This document shows positions 53,443-64,000 of a stretch of DNA of 64,000 nucleotides, piece by piece. This DNA is from Eledone cirrhosa. Its lineage: Eukaryota. Position numbers and translations under genes: made by a program. Within the stretch, counting starts at the first letter, position 1, and every line of letters begins with the position of its first letter. The notes under the pieces were generated by a model. It made no database searches and was not told where the DNA came from. It saw only the letters and a program-made list of their open reading frames with translations. The DNA lies in the NCBI GenBank assembly GCA_964016885.1, contig OZ024741.1:139810001-139874000 (forward strand). Direction: 5' to 3'.

Positions 53443-53899
53443 ATTCTTTTTTTCTTTTTTCTATTCCCTTTCAAGTATCAAGTAGCCTTCTAAAGTACCA
53501 TGTAGTTATTGCAGCTAAATCTCCATCACATCCCTTCCTCTTTTCTCCACAAATAGCAATACACTTCAGATAACCAGTCTTTAGATATAGGACATTATTG
53601 GGATGGTCGTAGATTAAATCATTTGGTCATATCTCTCTTTGTTCCGGAAGGATAGAGTGTAAATAAGATAATAAACTTACGCTGAACACACAAATACGAG
53701 GAATTCACAATTGATATAAAACCTTGGAAATCAACGATAAAACAAGCCAACAGTTAAAATAATTACTAGATCAATTCGCAATAGTAACAAGAACACCATG
53801 GCCACAATATCGACATCAACAAAAGTGGTAACTAGAAGAATAGCAATATCATATAATATCAACAACACCAACTCCACTCTCACCGAGAAATAACAACAG
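52813..53899 (+). repeat. Tandem duplication, ~460-bp copies at ~628-bp period
   Basis: ..tttcaagtatcaagtagcc...caccgagaaataacaacag at 52813-53270 and 53441-53899. Confidence 0.9.
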
Positions 53900-54064
53900 T
53901 ACTCTCTCTCTCTAAATATATATATATATATATTTTTTATGAAAATAACAAATTAAAGTTTGGGCAAAGAACCCTTTACGGGATCTTCAGAAACTAACAA
54001 AGTCAATCTGTGAACGCAGAAGTGAATATTTCAAAAAACGTTTATTACATATATATATATAGAG

Positions 54065-54097
<33 letters not shown>

Positions 54098-54098
54098 C

Positions 54099-54129
<31 letters not shown>

Positions 54130-54168
54130 GAGATATATATATATTTATATATATATATATATATATAC

Positions 54169-54248
<80 letters not shown>

Positions 54249-54251
<3 letters not shown>

Positions 54252-55255
54252 GCTCGGAGGAAACATTACAAATGCTGTTTTCGAAGGACCAACTCCGAAA
54301 CAAGTAACTGGTAACTGCAAACACAGATTGCGTAGGACTTATCTCACGCTAAAATCCCATAACTACCCGGGTGGGTAGACAAGGGCTGATACCCCCTACT
54401 TGCCGAATAAGTTAGGGGAAACCCCAGCTTACTTAGGTAGATGTATTTCTTTTCTTTTCTGTTCCTCTTTGTCTTCTTCTTCCCCCTGTCTTATCCTATC
54501 ACTTCCTTTCACCCCTATGTTCTTCCTCGTCTGCTTTTCCCCTTCGCCTACCCTGATGAAGCCCATCAGATCTCTGTAGCATCAGTTTCCCTACCCCCGT
54601 AATCTTAAGATAGAATTGGTCTAATATGTTTTACTAACTACTTATAGCAGACGTGTTAAACCCCTTTAATTATGTATCAGTTCTGGTACTACTCAATTTC
54701 TACAAGTTTTTTCTATTCTCAACTTATTAACCTGTAATTGTAAGATAGCATTGTGATTTTTTTTTTATTCATTTCTCACTATCTAATTTTATATATTATT
54801 TATTTCTGTCTATTATCTGTTATTGTCTCCTACTCTCATTCGATTTACCTATTCTATAACCTCTCTCCTCCATTTCATACTCTATCCTCCGAATCTGCTG
54901 TATACATATCACTTTCAACGCTTGCCCGCTCCTGTCACTCCCCTATTGTTCTACAGGCAAGTTCAGCAACCCCTACCCCCCACCAAATGGCATGATAGAC
55001 TTATTTGTGTTTACAACAAATTTTTACCAATCCTCTTGACAACTACAATCTTCCCATATAAGGAAGTACCCATTTGAAAAGTTCGGCTATTTATACACCA
55101 GGCTAAAACTTCTAATTTAGTCCAGAAATAGCCGTCAAAACGGCTTGAGCTCTGCCGTCGGTGTCATACTTTTTCCTATTTCCCACTCTACTACCGTAAG
55201 TATTGAGTACTCTGGTGCGTTATGGTCCATCTGGTTCCTTACCACAATTCATTTG
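54249..55255 (+). mobile_element. Possible 3' end of another PLE (CxH C-terminus + UTR with HHR remnants)
   Basis: [10 protein letters not shown] resembles SCNHKLKKTF; CTGATGA at 54553; paired cggctattt/aaatagccg hairpin with decayed core at ~55074-55146; (TA)n on both sides. Confidence 0.35.
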
Positions 55256-55431
<176 letters not shown>

Positions 55432-55769
55432 TATATATATATATATAATTTTTGCGTATTCTTTCCTTTTAGGTTGACTATTCGAGCACGGTGTCCCATG
55501 GTTCTAAGAAAATATCCCATGGATGAAGCTACTTGTCATCTTCGTCTTGGAAGTTGTATGTATACATTTTATTAGTAGATGTATGAATTAATTATGTATA
55601 TATGTATATATATGTAAAGAGAGAGAGAGGTGAGATAGAGAGAGAGGGGGAAGATAGAGAGAGTGGGAAAGAGTAAAAGTGTGTGTGTGAGAGAGAGGTA
55701 ATAACGATATATTGATAGAGATGTTTCTACATGAATAACTATATGACTAATTTCATTAGGGATTCGATA

Positions 55770-56400
55770 AAACTAGATCTCTAAATTTGGTCCAAGATTT
55801 GAAGGCAAAATAACTATGGGGTCAACATAATTTATTAATTCTCTTAAAATCACTACCACAGACTTCTATTCAACAAACAAAACATGAACATCAAGTTTAA
55901 TTTGAAATACATTATAATCAGTAAGACTCCACTACCGAATCAAAGTAGATGGTCATATAGGATCAGAAATGTATGACCTTTAAAGCAAGGAGGCGTAATA
56001 CAGAGGCCATATTCTACGAGGCAAATACTTACCCTTCGGCGTGCGCACGACCAATGTCATGTTGTATGTCGATCTTTTTGAACAACAATTTAAAGAATAT
56101 TATAACAACCTTATAGCGTCATTCCCGAAACACTAGAAGAACAGAATGAAACTTTCCAGTCATGTATGAGAGCTGAAAGAGGAGTCAGCAGGCAGTATAT
56201 AATAGCAGCTGGAGAATCTGTAGACACTACGTCAATGGTTCAGAGAACAGCGGACAACGCCGAGAGATGTAAGACATGCCTGCACAGTGCAGAATATACA
56301 CTACGGTTTTGTTCACCATATAGCCAGACACACACCAAACACCTAAGACCTCATACACCGCATCTATTGGATAACAAACTCAACATCTTTCATGCGCATA
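55770..56400 (+). pseudogene. Highly decayed Hydra-type PLE GIY-YIG fragment
   Basis: Broken frames give ..LFNKQN.., QFKEYYNNLIASF, KLSSHV*ELK, SWRI and RCKTCL, matching the motif order in the intact ORFs. Confidence 0.55.
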
Positions 56401-56455
56401 ATAGAGGCATTCCAGTCGATGAGGACAGTCAGCAGGAAATATGGTTATATATAAG

Positions 56456-56526
<71 letters not shown>

Positions 56527-56615
56527 GTATAACACTGGAGGGTAATATCCGTAGTGGTAGAGCACTCAGTCCAAGGGACGAGCTAGGTAGAAGTGGTTAC
56601 ACAACATTTAGGTCA

Positions 56616-56665
56616 CCATACCCAGAACAATTGTTTCACCTTCGCGGATCGTCAGCTTGTAATGG
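56616..56665 (-). ncRNA. Minimal HHR candidate in a short element between microsatellites
   Basis: ag-CTGACGA-tccgcgaaggt-GAAA-caattg-TT-ct; palindromic stem III; stems I and II short. Confidence 0.55.
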
Positions 56666-56835
56666 ACATGGTTATACGGAACAGGAAGGACAACCGTACG
56701 AACGTGCATGCGCAGAAACGATCACTTCACACAGGCAATACTAAATTATTGTATGATTAGTTAAAATAACCTGACATTGTCGTTTTATTTTAATTGTTAA
56801 TTTAATACTTATGGAAGCATCTTAGCTACCATCAG

Positions 56836-56894
<59 letters not shown>

Positions 56895-56895
56895 C

Positions 56896-56962
<67 letters not shown>

Positions 56963-56976
56963 CATATATATATATG

Positions 56977-57064
<88 letters not shown>

Positions 57065-57068
57065 TAAT

Positions 57069-57149
57069 TGAAAAAGTGAAGAATAACATGGTCAACAGTA
57101 CAAAAAAGAGTTTTTTGTACTGTTGACCATGTTATTCTTCACTTTTTCA
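57069..57149. repeat. Near-perfect ~38-bp-arm hairpin directly after (TA)n
   Basis: tgaaaaagtgaagaataacatggtcaacagtacaaaaa / tttttgtactgttgaccatgttattcttcactttttca. Confidence 0.9.
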
Positions 57150-57316
57150 TTTAAACTTTCATGATAAACTTACATGAGAATACAAGTGAATTCATAAACT
57201 CGCCACCTAAGTAAACCTCTTGTTGAGTCAAACAACGCCGTATGGTAAAACTGTCCATAATGCGAAGTATTCATAACCTCTAACTGGATTACCTATAACT
57301 ATATTTTGTTATCCCT

Positions 57317-57350
<34 letters not shown>

Positions 57351-58226
57351 GTTATACTTGGGGAGGGTCACATCGTTGTAATAATATTCCCAGAAATAAT
57401 AACAGAACACACTGTCTGGTTGGTTTTCGCTGCTGTATCTTTTATATCTCCACAGTTAATACATTTGGTCCTCAATGTTTATCATTGACTGACCAACGGT
57501 CAAAAATCCAGATATAATATAGATATAAACACATATATATAGTCTAACGAAGTTCTTTTGGTGCACATCTGCAACATCATCAGTGGTACTATTACGTTCC
57601 TCCTGTTGTATTGTATGTCTACGCCATTTTCATTTTAGCTAAACTGAAAAAATGAATGGAATAACAACACCCAAACAAACAATACTGACTTAAGAGAAAT
57701 ATAAATAACTAAATAAAGAAATATTACACAAGCACAATAACAACAAACACATATAAACACACAATAGTAAACTAAGAGAGAATACAATAACCAAAACAGT
57801 CACCCAAACGCGAACACACACCAAACACTATACACACGCAAACGCATGCGCAGAGAAGAAGACAAAAATAAAAAATAAATAAACATATATAATAAAAATG
57901 GCGTAGACATACAATACAACAGGAGGAACATAATAGTACCACTGATGATGTTACATATGTGCAACGAAAGAACTTTGTTAGACTATATATATGTGTTATA
58001 TCTATATTATCTCTGTATTTTTGACCGTTGGTCAGTCAATGATAAACATTGAGGACGAAATGAATTAACTGTGGAGCTATAAAAGATAGAGAAGCGAAAA
58101 CCAACCAAACAGTGAGTGCTTTTTGTTATTATTTCTGGCAATATTATTATAACAATATGAACCTCCCCATGTATAACAATATTTGTTTCGACACACAGAT
58201 TCATATAAAAAACTTCGCAAAATAAA
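57351..58226 (+). mobile_element. Non-coding relative of the YVDD PLE 3' end, with inverted 5' copy
   Basis: 57351-~57632 mirrors ~57893-58178. Shares cgcatgcgca, aaaatggcgtag, an HHR-like CTGATGA..GAAAgaacTT (57934-57985), ctccc..gtataacaatat and the tail with 3790-4150. Confidence 0.8.
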
Positions 58227-58237
58227 TATATATATAT

Positions 58238-60425
58238 ATCATCATCATCAACATCATCATCATCGTTTAACATCCATCTTCCACGCTAGCATGGGTTTAG
58301 ACGGTAATTTTCCCACTTGAGGCAAGATTGGTTGTCTTGCTCTTGCTCGTATAGGACTGTCTGGCGGGTTTTCTACGGCTGGATGCCCTTCTTAACACCA
58401 ACCACGTTTACAGTGTGGACTGGGAGGTTTTTACCGCGTTACCTTCACGGCCACATTACAGCGAGGACTGTGTGTTTTTTCTTGTGACACCTACACGACC
58501 TCATTTATTTAGGACTGGATGTTGTGGTACCAACATAACTTTACATCGAAAGTAGGTGGGGGTAGTGGGACAGGGTGTATTTTGGTAAGAGGTGCCTACT
58601 GACTGTAGGTTTCGCTTTGCACTTAGGCAAGGCGGGTCTTCTGTATTACTGCGTAGCGCCAAAGATCTCGGTCCAGTGTCATTGTCTTGGAGAGGTGTAA
58701 GTGTGTGAGGTCGGAATTTATCAAGTCGTCCCAGGTTTTTCTGGGTCTGCCTACTCCGTGGCTACCGTCTATTTTGATCGCCCTGCACTTTTTTATACAA
58801 CTGTCGTCTTTCATGCGAATCACGTGACCATACCAACGTAGTCTTCTCTCGAGTAAACAGCATATGATGCCTCTTATTCCTAATTTCTCACTTAATTCAT
58901 TTATGCTTTGCCGTTCACGTATATTACTATTACACATCCAACGGAGCATGCAAGCTTCGTTCCTCTCCAATGTGGGTAGATGCTCTGCACACAATGCCCA
59001 TGTCTCACTGCCATGTAACATTGCTGTTAGTATGCAGGCATCATACAGCCTGCCTTTCATTTTTAGAGAGAAACATTTAGCGGCTAATAGTGGTATAAGC
59101 TTTCTGAATTTTTTCCATCGCGTTCTGACTCTAGCTGCTGTACTTTCAGAGCACCCTCCGCCACTGCTGATTTTGTCACCCAGGTAACGGAAGCTGTCCA
59201 CTATTTCTATAGAACCATCTGTGCAATGGAATGGGCAAGTATTCTGTGGGCACTTGCTGCTACTTATTGCACCTGAGCACCGGCCACATATAAAATCTAT
59301 TTTCTTAGTTAGCTTAGCTGTGATTCCACTACATCTTTTATGCACCCATACTTTACATTTGGGACATAAAATGGAGTTTCTGCCTACTCCTTTCCTACAC
59401 ACTGAGCATGGCCATTTCCCAGAGGGGACCAGTGCCCTATTTTCCTTCCTATATACTTGCACATTAGTCTTAGACTGAATAATTTTAAGGCCTTTTGATT
59501 CTAGGCCATGCTTCCATGTTTGGAATTTCTTCGCTAGTTTAGCCATTGATTGAGCTATGAGCGTTAGATCATCAGCGTATAGGAGTTCCCATGGGCAGCC
59601 AGTCTTGAACTCCTCTGTTATAGCCTGAAGGGCAATAATAAATAGGAGGGGGCTAAGGACGGACCCTGATGAACACCAACTTTTACGCTAAACTCATCAC
59701 TGTATTGATTGTTAATTCTAACCTTGCTGACTGTTTCTTTATACATGGCTTGTATAGCTCTCACAAGCCATTCATCGACACCTTGTTTTCTAAGAGCCTA
59801 CCAGATAATGGGGCGTGGGACTCTGTCAAATGCTTTCTCCAAGCCAACAAAAGCTAAATATAGGGGTTTACTATTAGTTAGGTACTTCTCCTGTAGTTGT
59901 CTACAATGAAAAGAACGTATGTGGTACTTTTACCTGACACACACCCGAACTGCAATTCATTCAAATCAATTTGCTCTCTGATTAGTTGCGCTATTACTTT
60001 TCCTGTGACCTTCATGAGCTGGTCAATTAATTTAATGCCTCTATAGTTTCCCCTATCTAGGGCATCTCCTTTACCCTTCTAGCAGTTAATGATGATGCTG
60101 CTATGCTAGTCCTTCGGTACGACCCCATTCTGTATGACTTGGTTTACTATCCAGGTGACCATGGTGTGTCCCACCGTTCCAGATGCTTTCAGGATTTCAG
60201 CAACTATTTCTGAAGGCCCAGCCGCCTTGCCCGTCTTCACATCTTTGATTGCCTTACTTATTATACTACCTTCAACTTGCACTGCTGGTCCCCCTATTAG
60301 ATCGATGTGGGGGAGACTGTCTTTGTCCCATTTATTCTCCTCATTTAGTAGCCTTTCGTAGTGACACTTCCAAGCTACCTTCTTTTCAGCGTCAGTGATG
60401 TCAAGTACACCATCATTATTACGGA
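58238..60425 (-). mobile_element. 5'-truncated RTE-clade LINE with (GAT)n tail
   Basis: NYRGIKL, LEKAFDRVP, QGPSLAP, PWELLYADDL, FRYLG, MLHGSETW, RRLRWYGHV, GRPRKTW; (ATC)n at 58238-58264; frameshifts upstream. Confidence 0.93.
58623..59546 (-). pseudogene. RTE ORF C-terminal part: RT end, PHD-like finger, thumb
   Basis: CSVC..C PKC..WVHKRC..FICGRC (C4HC3) lies between the RT KT motif and FRYLG. Confidence 0.88.
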
Positions 60426-60429
60426 CACA

Positions 60430-60505
<76 letters not shown>

Positions 60506-60589
60506 AAGAGTGTGTAGTTACATACCAGGTGGACCTTAACGGAACAGAGTACACAATACTTAGGATACTAGAGTGAATAATGTGAAAAT

Positions 60590-60680
60590 AGTTAGGATCC
60601 CGACGGCTGAGTTCTGGCCGTTTCGACAGTTTGGATCTAGCTGGCGAATCGGCTGGAGCTCAGCTATCGGTATCCTAACT
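60590..60680 (+). other. GC-rich 91-nt imperfect hairpin
   Basis: 42-nt arms, 7-nt loop; 9 non-Watson-Crick positions, 5 of them G-U on the + strand. Confidence 0.7.
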
Positions 60681-60685
60681 CTTTT

Positions 60686-60776
<91 letters not shown>

Positions 60777-61882
60777 GTGTGTGTGTGTGTGCATATAAGC
60801 GGATGCTGTACATGTGCATGTGCATTAGAGTGTGTGAGTTTAGACATACACGTTTCAAAACGGATAACTTTTCATAAGGGACAATAGTGGAACTGGCTCT
60901 GCCGGTGATATACACACTTTCCAACAGAGGCTGATGAACGATATAACAATAGCATCAGCCAACGTAGGAAAACTCCGTGTACCCAGGATGAGTATGCCAG
61001 TTGGAATATATGTTATATATATATATATGAAGAAAGCGATGATTTGCGAGTAGGAAAAGAAGAGAAAACGGCATTGAAAGAGATAAATGAGAAATTAAGG
61101 GGAGAGAAAAGAGACAAGTCCGATGTAGAAAAAGACTCAAAGGTATCATACTGGGTTTGGCAACATGGGTATATTAATAATTCAATTTATGTTTTGTTAT
61201 TTTAGATTTAGTTTTTGTGATGTTTATCAATAACTACTACGTATGTGTGTAAGCAGGAAAATTTGTGTAGTTCATCAGTTCAAACGAAAGAAAACCAGAT
61301 TTGATCTTCAGATTAATCGTTCTCTTGCTGGTATCTACTGTTCGCAGCTACTATCAGAAGGTGGGAGGGGTTGAATTCAGAATGCCGAGCCTCAGAGTAG
61401 CAGCCTTAATTTTCGAACTGGAAATGAGGAAAAGCGTAGTTGAGTTTAGAAGAATTTGAACTCAAATCGGAGAGTTGAAAAAATACCGAGGTATCGAATC
61501 CTACCTTTTAACGACACATTATATGACATCTCACTATAATGACGATTGCTTACGATTTTATCTTGTTTCTCCCTGTATAGTAATGAAGAAGAATAAAACA
61601 TTCAGAAATGAAATATGGCTCTAGGCTTTTACTGATTAAAAACATACAATTCCAGGAATCGCCGACTACACATGATATGAATTGATACAATAGAAAAAGA
61701 TTATTTCACTACATCATAAGCAAATAAAATAGTTCATATAAATACATGTTTAAACATAAAGCGTTTGGGGAACATTTACTTTAATAGCAAGGTCTCTTAA
61801 AATATTAGCACTGAATAACTTGTATTTACAAGAATATGTTTATTTTATCGTATGCAAATTCAGACCTTGTGTGTTCATTGTG

Positions 61883-61947
<65 letters not shown>

Positions 61948-62032
61948 TCTATGCAGGAATTGGCTAAGAGGACGTCCTCGTGGTGTTTTAAGTCAAAGAC
62001 GTCTGCTTGTGAGATATGATGTCAATAGGGGT

Positions 62033-62102
62033 GGACACTGCACAAAGGGATGGATCGAGAAGAGAAACTGCCACCGAAGTTATTATATATATATATATAT
62101 AT

Positions 62103-62164
<62 letters not shown>

Positions 62165-62216
62165 TCTTAGGTGGCAGTTTCTCTTCCCCTCGATCTATCC
62201 CCTCATGTAGCGTCCA
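62033..62216. repeat. ~48-bp inverted repeats enclosing (TA)n(GA)n
   Basis: ggatggatcgagaagagaaactgccacc / ggtggcagtttctcttcccctcgatctatcc. Confidence 0.7.
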
Positions 62217-62229
62217 GATCTACTGACTT

Positions 62230-62460
62230 CATATCTCTCATGGAGACGTCCTTGACACAAATATGAGGTCGTCCTCAATGCCAATTCCCCATCGAGTAGA
62301 TCTTTTAGGATCCTCCCGTCAGGCATACACTGCACGTGACTGAGCCGACGCAGACGGTGCGGATGACGACTACAGAGTTGGTTACGTGGTAGGTCGACTT
62401 GATATCTATAATACATCTCAGGCTACGACGGTGGAAGAGGTTGAGGTGCTCTCTCCTGTC
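62230..62460 (-). mobile_element. Decayed RTE/BovB-like C-terminal fragment
   Basis: HLNLFHRRSLRCI and RLRRLSHVQCMPDGRILKDLLDGEL. Confidence 0.7.
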
Positions 62461-64000
62461 TGGAGAAGACCCGTCATGTCGCGATGCCATAAAGCGGGCT
62501 GGTGGGAATGCACCATTGTATTTTTAGTCAGCTTTCTGTTCTCTCAGATTCATTTCATCAGTCTGGAAGATGTAAAGGCTGCTCGTCAAATATGCCTGCT
62601 GAGTTGTTATATTTGATCCAAGATAGATGAAATTGTGGAGAAACTCCAGCTATCTTTATGGGCAATAAAGAAATGAATTGTATAACAATCTACATTTCTT
62701 AGGCCAAAAATAGTTTTGGTGTTTTGAAACACGTGTTAAAATTATCAATAATTATATTAATAAAATGTTAGATATCAACAACCATGTCTCCATGTTGTTT
62801 CAACAACCTATGACCTATATATATATATATATGCGCACGCGTAGGTGCGTGTGTGTGTGTGCGATTACATTAAGATAATCTTTATCCACCTCACAGAAAT
62901 GATGATGGAACATTTTCTAACATGAGTAATATTATTTCATGCAGCTGTAGTATATTTCAACCAAGTAAATTCATAACATATTTTCTTCTGTTATGACATA
63001 GGCTGCAATTTAAATTAATTTGAAATACCCCATTTCTCTATTTATCTGGTTCTCAATATATTTCTTTTATTAATGTATATAATACGGTTTCATCAATCAT
63101 TCTATTTTTCTATTTCAACGGATAATTTCATAAATGTTATTTCTTGTTTATAACTACTGAAACACTTTTATTTTGTATTGTATATAAAGAGTATTAACTC
63201 CATCAATTCAAATTATTTTATTCACTGTAATAAATACTATATTTGTGTATTGTAATGATCTGAAACATTTAACTACATTATTCACAACGTTTGTTAACTA
63301 TGTATGTTACATTCAAGTTTTATTCTATATATGTTATAGTTTGAGTGAGTGTGTGTGTTCTTATTTCACTCCGAAGACGAGCTTTCGAATAGAATCAAAT
63401 AAATGAACAGGTTGTTCCTCATATCAACGTGCACGTGACTGAACATTTTGCAGTCTCATGCACAGGTAGCACAAATCACGGGTTGTTTCAGTGTGCCATT
63501 ACGATTTTGAGCCGACCATCTTAACCACAAAACACATGCCTTCTCATGTCTTGGTATATTAGGATTATGTTAAATCACGGCGTATTACTTCGGTAGAATT
63601 TCAAAATTTTCAGTGGCGGGGTTTGTCTGGCACCTATATAAATGACCAATTCATCTACAATTTGTTGATGGTGTTTGAATGGTATATAAATTCAGAATAT
63701 ATATAACTGGAACTCAATAGGTCATGATATGGATTTGTTAAACCACCTCTATTGCCAACTACCAGATAGAACAAATAATATGTTTTCACAGACATCGTAT
63801 CATTTGGGAATTTAGGCAGATGTTATACAGCATGTGTATTTATATTGATTGAAATCAATCGTCCGTTTGTAAATCAATATCACTTGAAGTTACACACTTA
63901 AACAAGAAACTGCAAACCTTTTTCATAAATACTATTTGGTTTAAATCATATGTCTGCCATTCCTCATAATTGTGGCGTCGGAAATACGGCAGACTGAAAT

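Noticed and set aside
54549-54620. CTGATGA followed by agccc
   Set aside because: No complementary stem II strand plus GAAA found downstream; at best a remnant.
59666-59675. CTGATGA hammerhead-like core
   Set aside because: Antisense of RTE RT motif B codons (VHQG); no stem II/GAAA arrangement.
60927-60985. ggCTGATGAacg...cgtagGAAA motif
   Set aside because: The core is sequestered in a ggctgatg/catcagcc hairpin, and stems I and III are not convincingly formed.
62480-62650. Possible host exon after a pyrimidine tract and AG
   Set aside because: No recognisable protein motif or clear donor site; cannot be supported.

Overview
Gene-free, AT-rich animal genomic DNA saturated with (TA)n/(CA)n/(TAA)n microsatellites. 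The repeat content resembles an octopus/cephalopod genome (inference from recognition, not a search). No host gene could be supported; most short ORFs are microsatellite translations. The window is an ecosystem of microsatellite-targeting retroelements. (i) Penelope-like elements (PLEs, RT + C-terminal GIY-YIG) inserted in (TA)n: a YVDD-type family (621-4150 with a 1.37-kb inverted 5' copy; 11123-12400; a non-coding relative at 57351-58226) and YRDD/CxC 'Hydra-clade-like' families (an intact 813-aa ORF in an ~11-kb inverted/tandem structure at 41797-52742; a 5'-truncated copy at 18221-21867; decayed pieces near 54-56 kb). (ii) A 12.5-kb pile-up of three R4/Dong-like RLE LINEs (one with an intact 1216-aa ORF) and a Tx1/L1-like LINE, separated by (TAA)n tracts. 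(iii) RTE LINE fragments, one with a PHD finger inside the RT region. The most notable signal is non-coding: many type I hammerhead ribozyme (HHR) motifs. These include a five-copy ~490-bp retrozyme-like tandem/inverted array (15132-17535) and several unrelated HHRs whose stem II is expanded to 50-116 nt of paired sequence. The PLE 3' UTRs also appear to carry kilobases of compound microsatellite as copied cargo. All folds were read by eye; none were computed.
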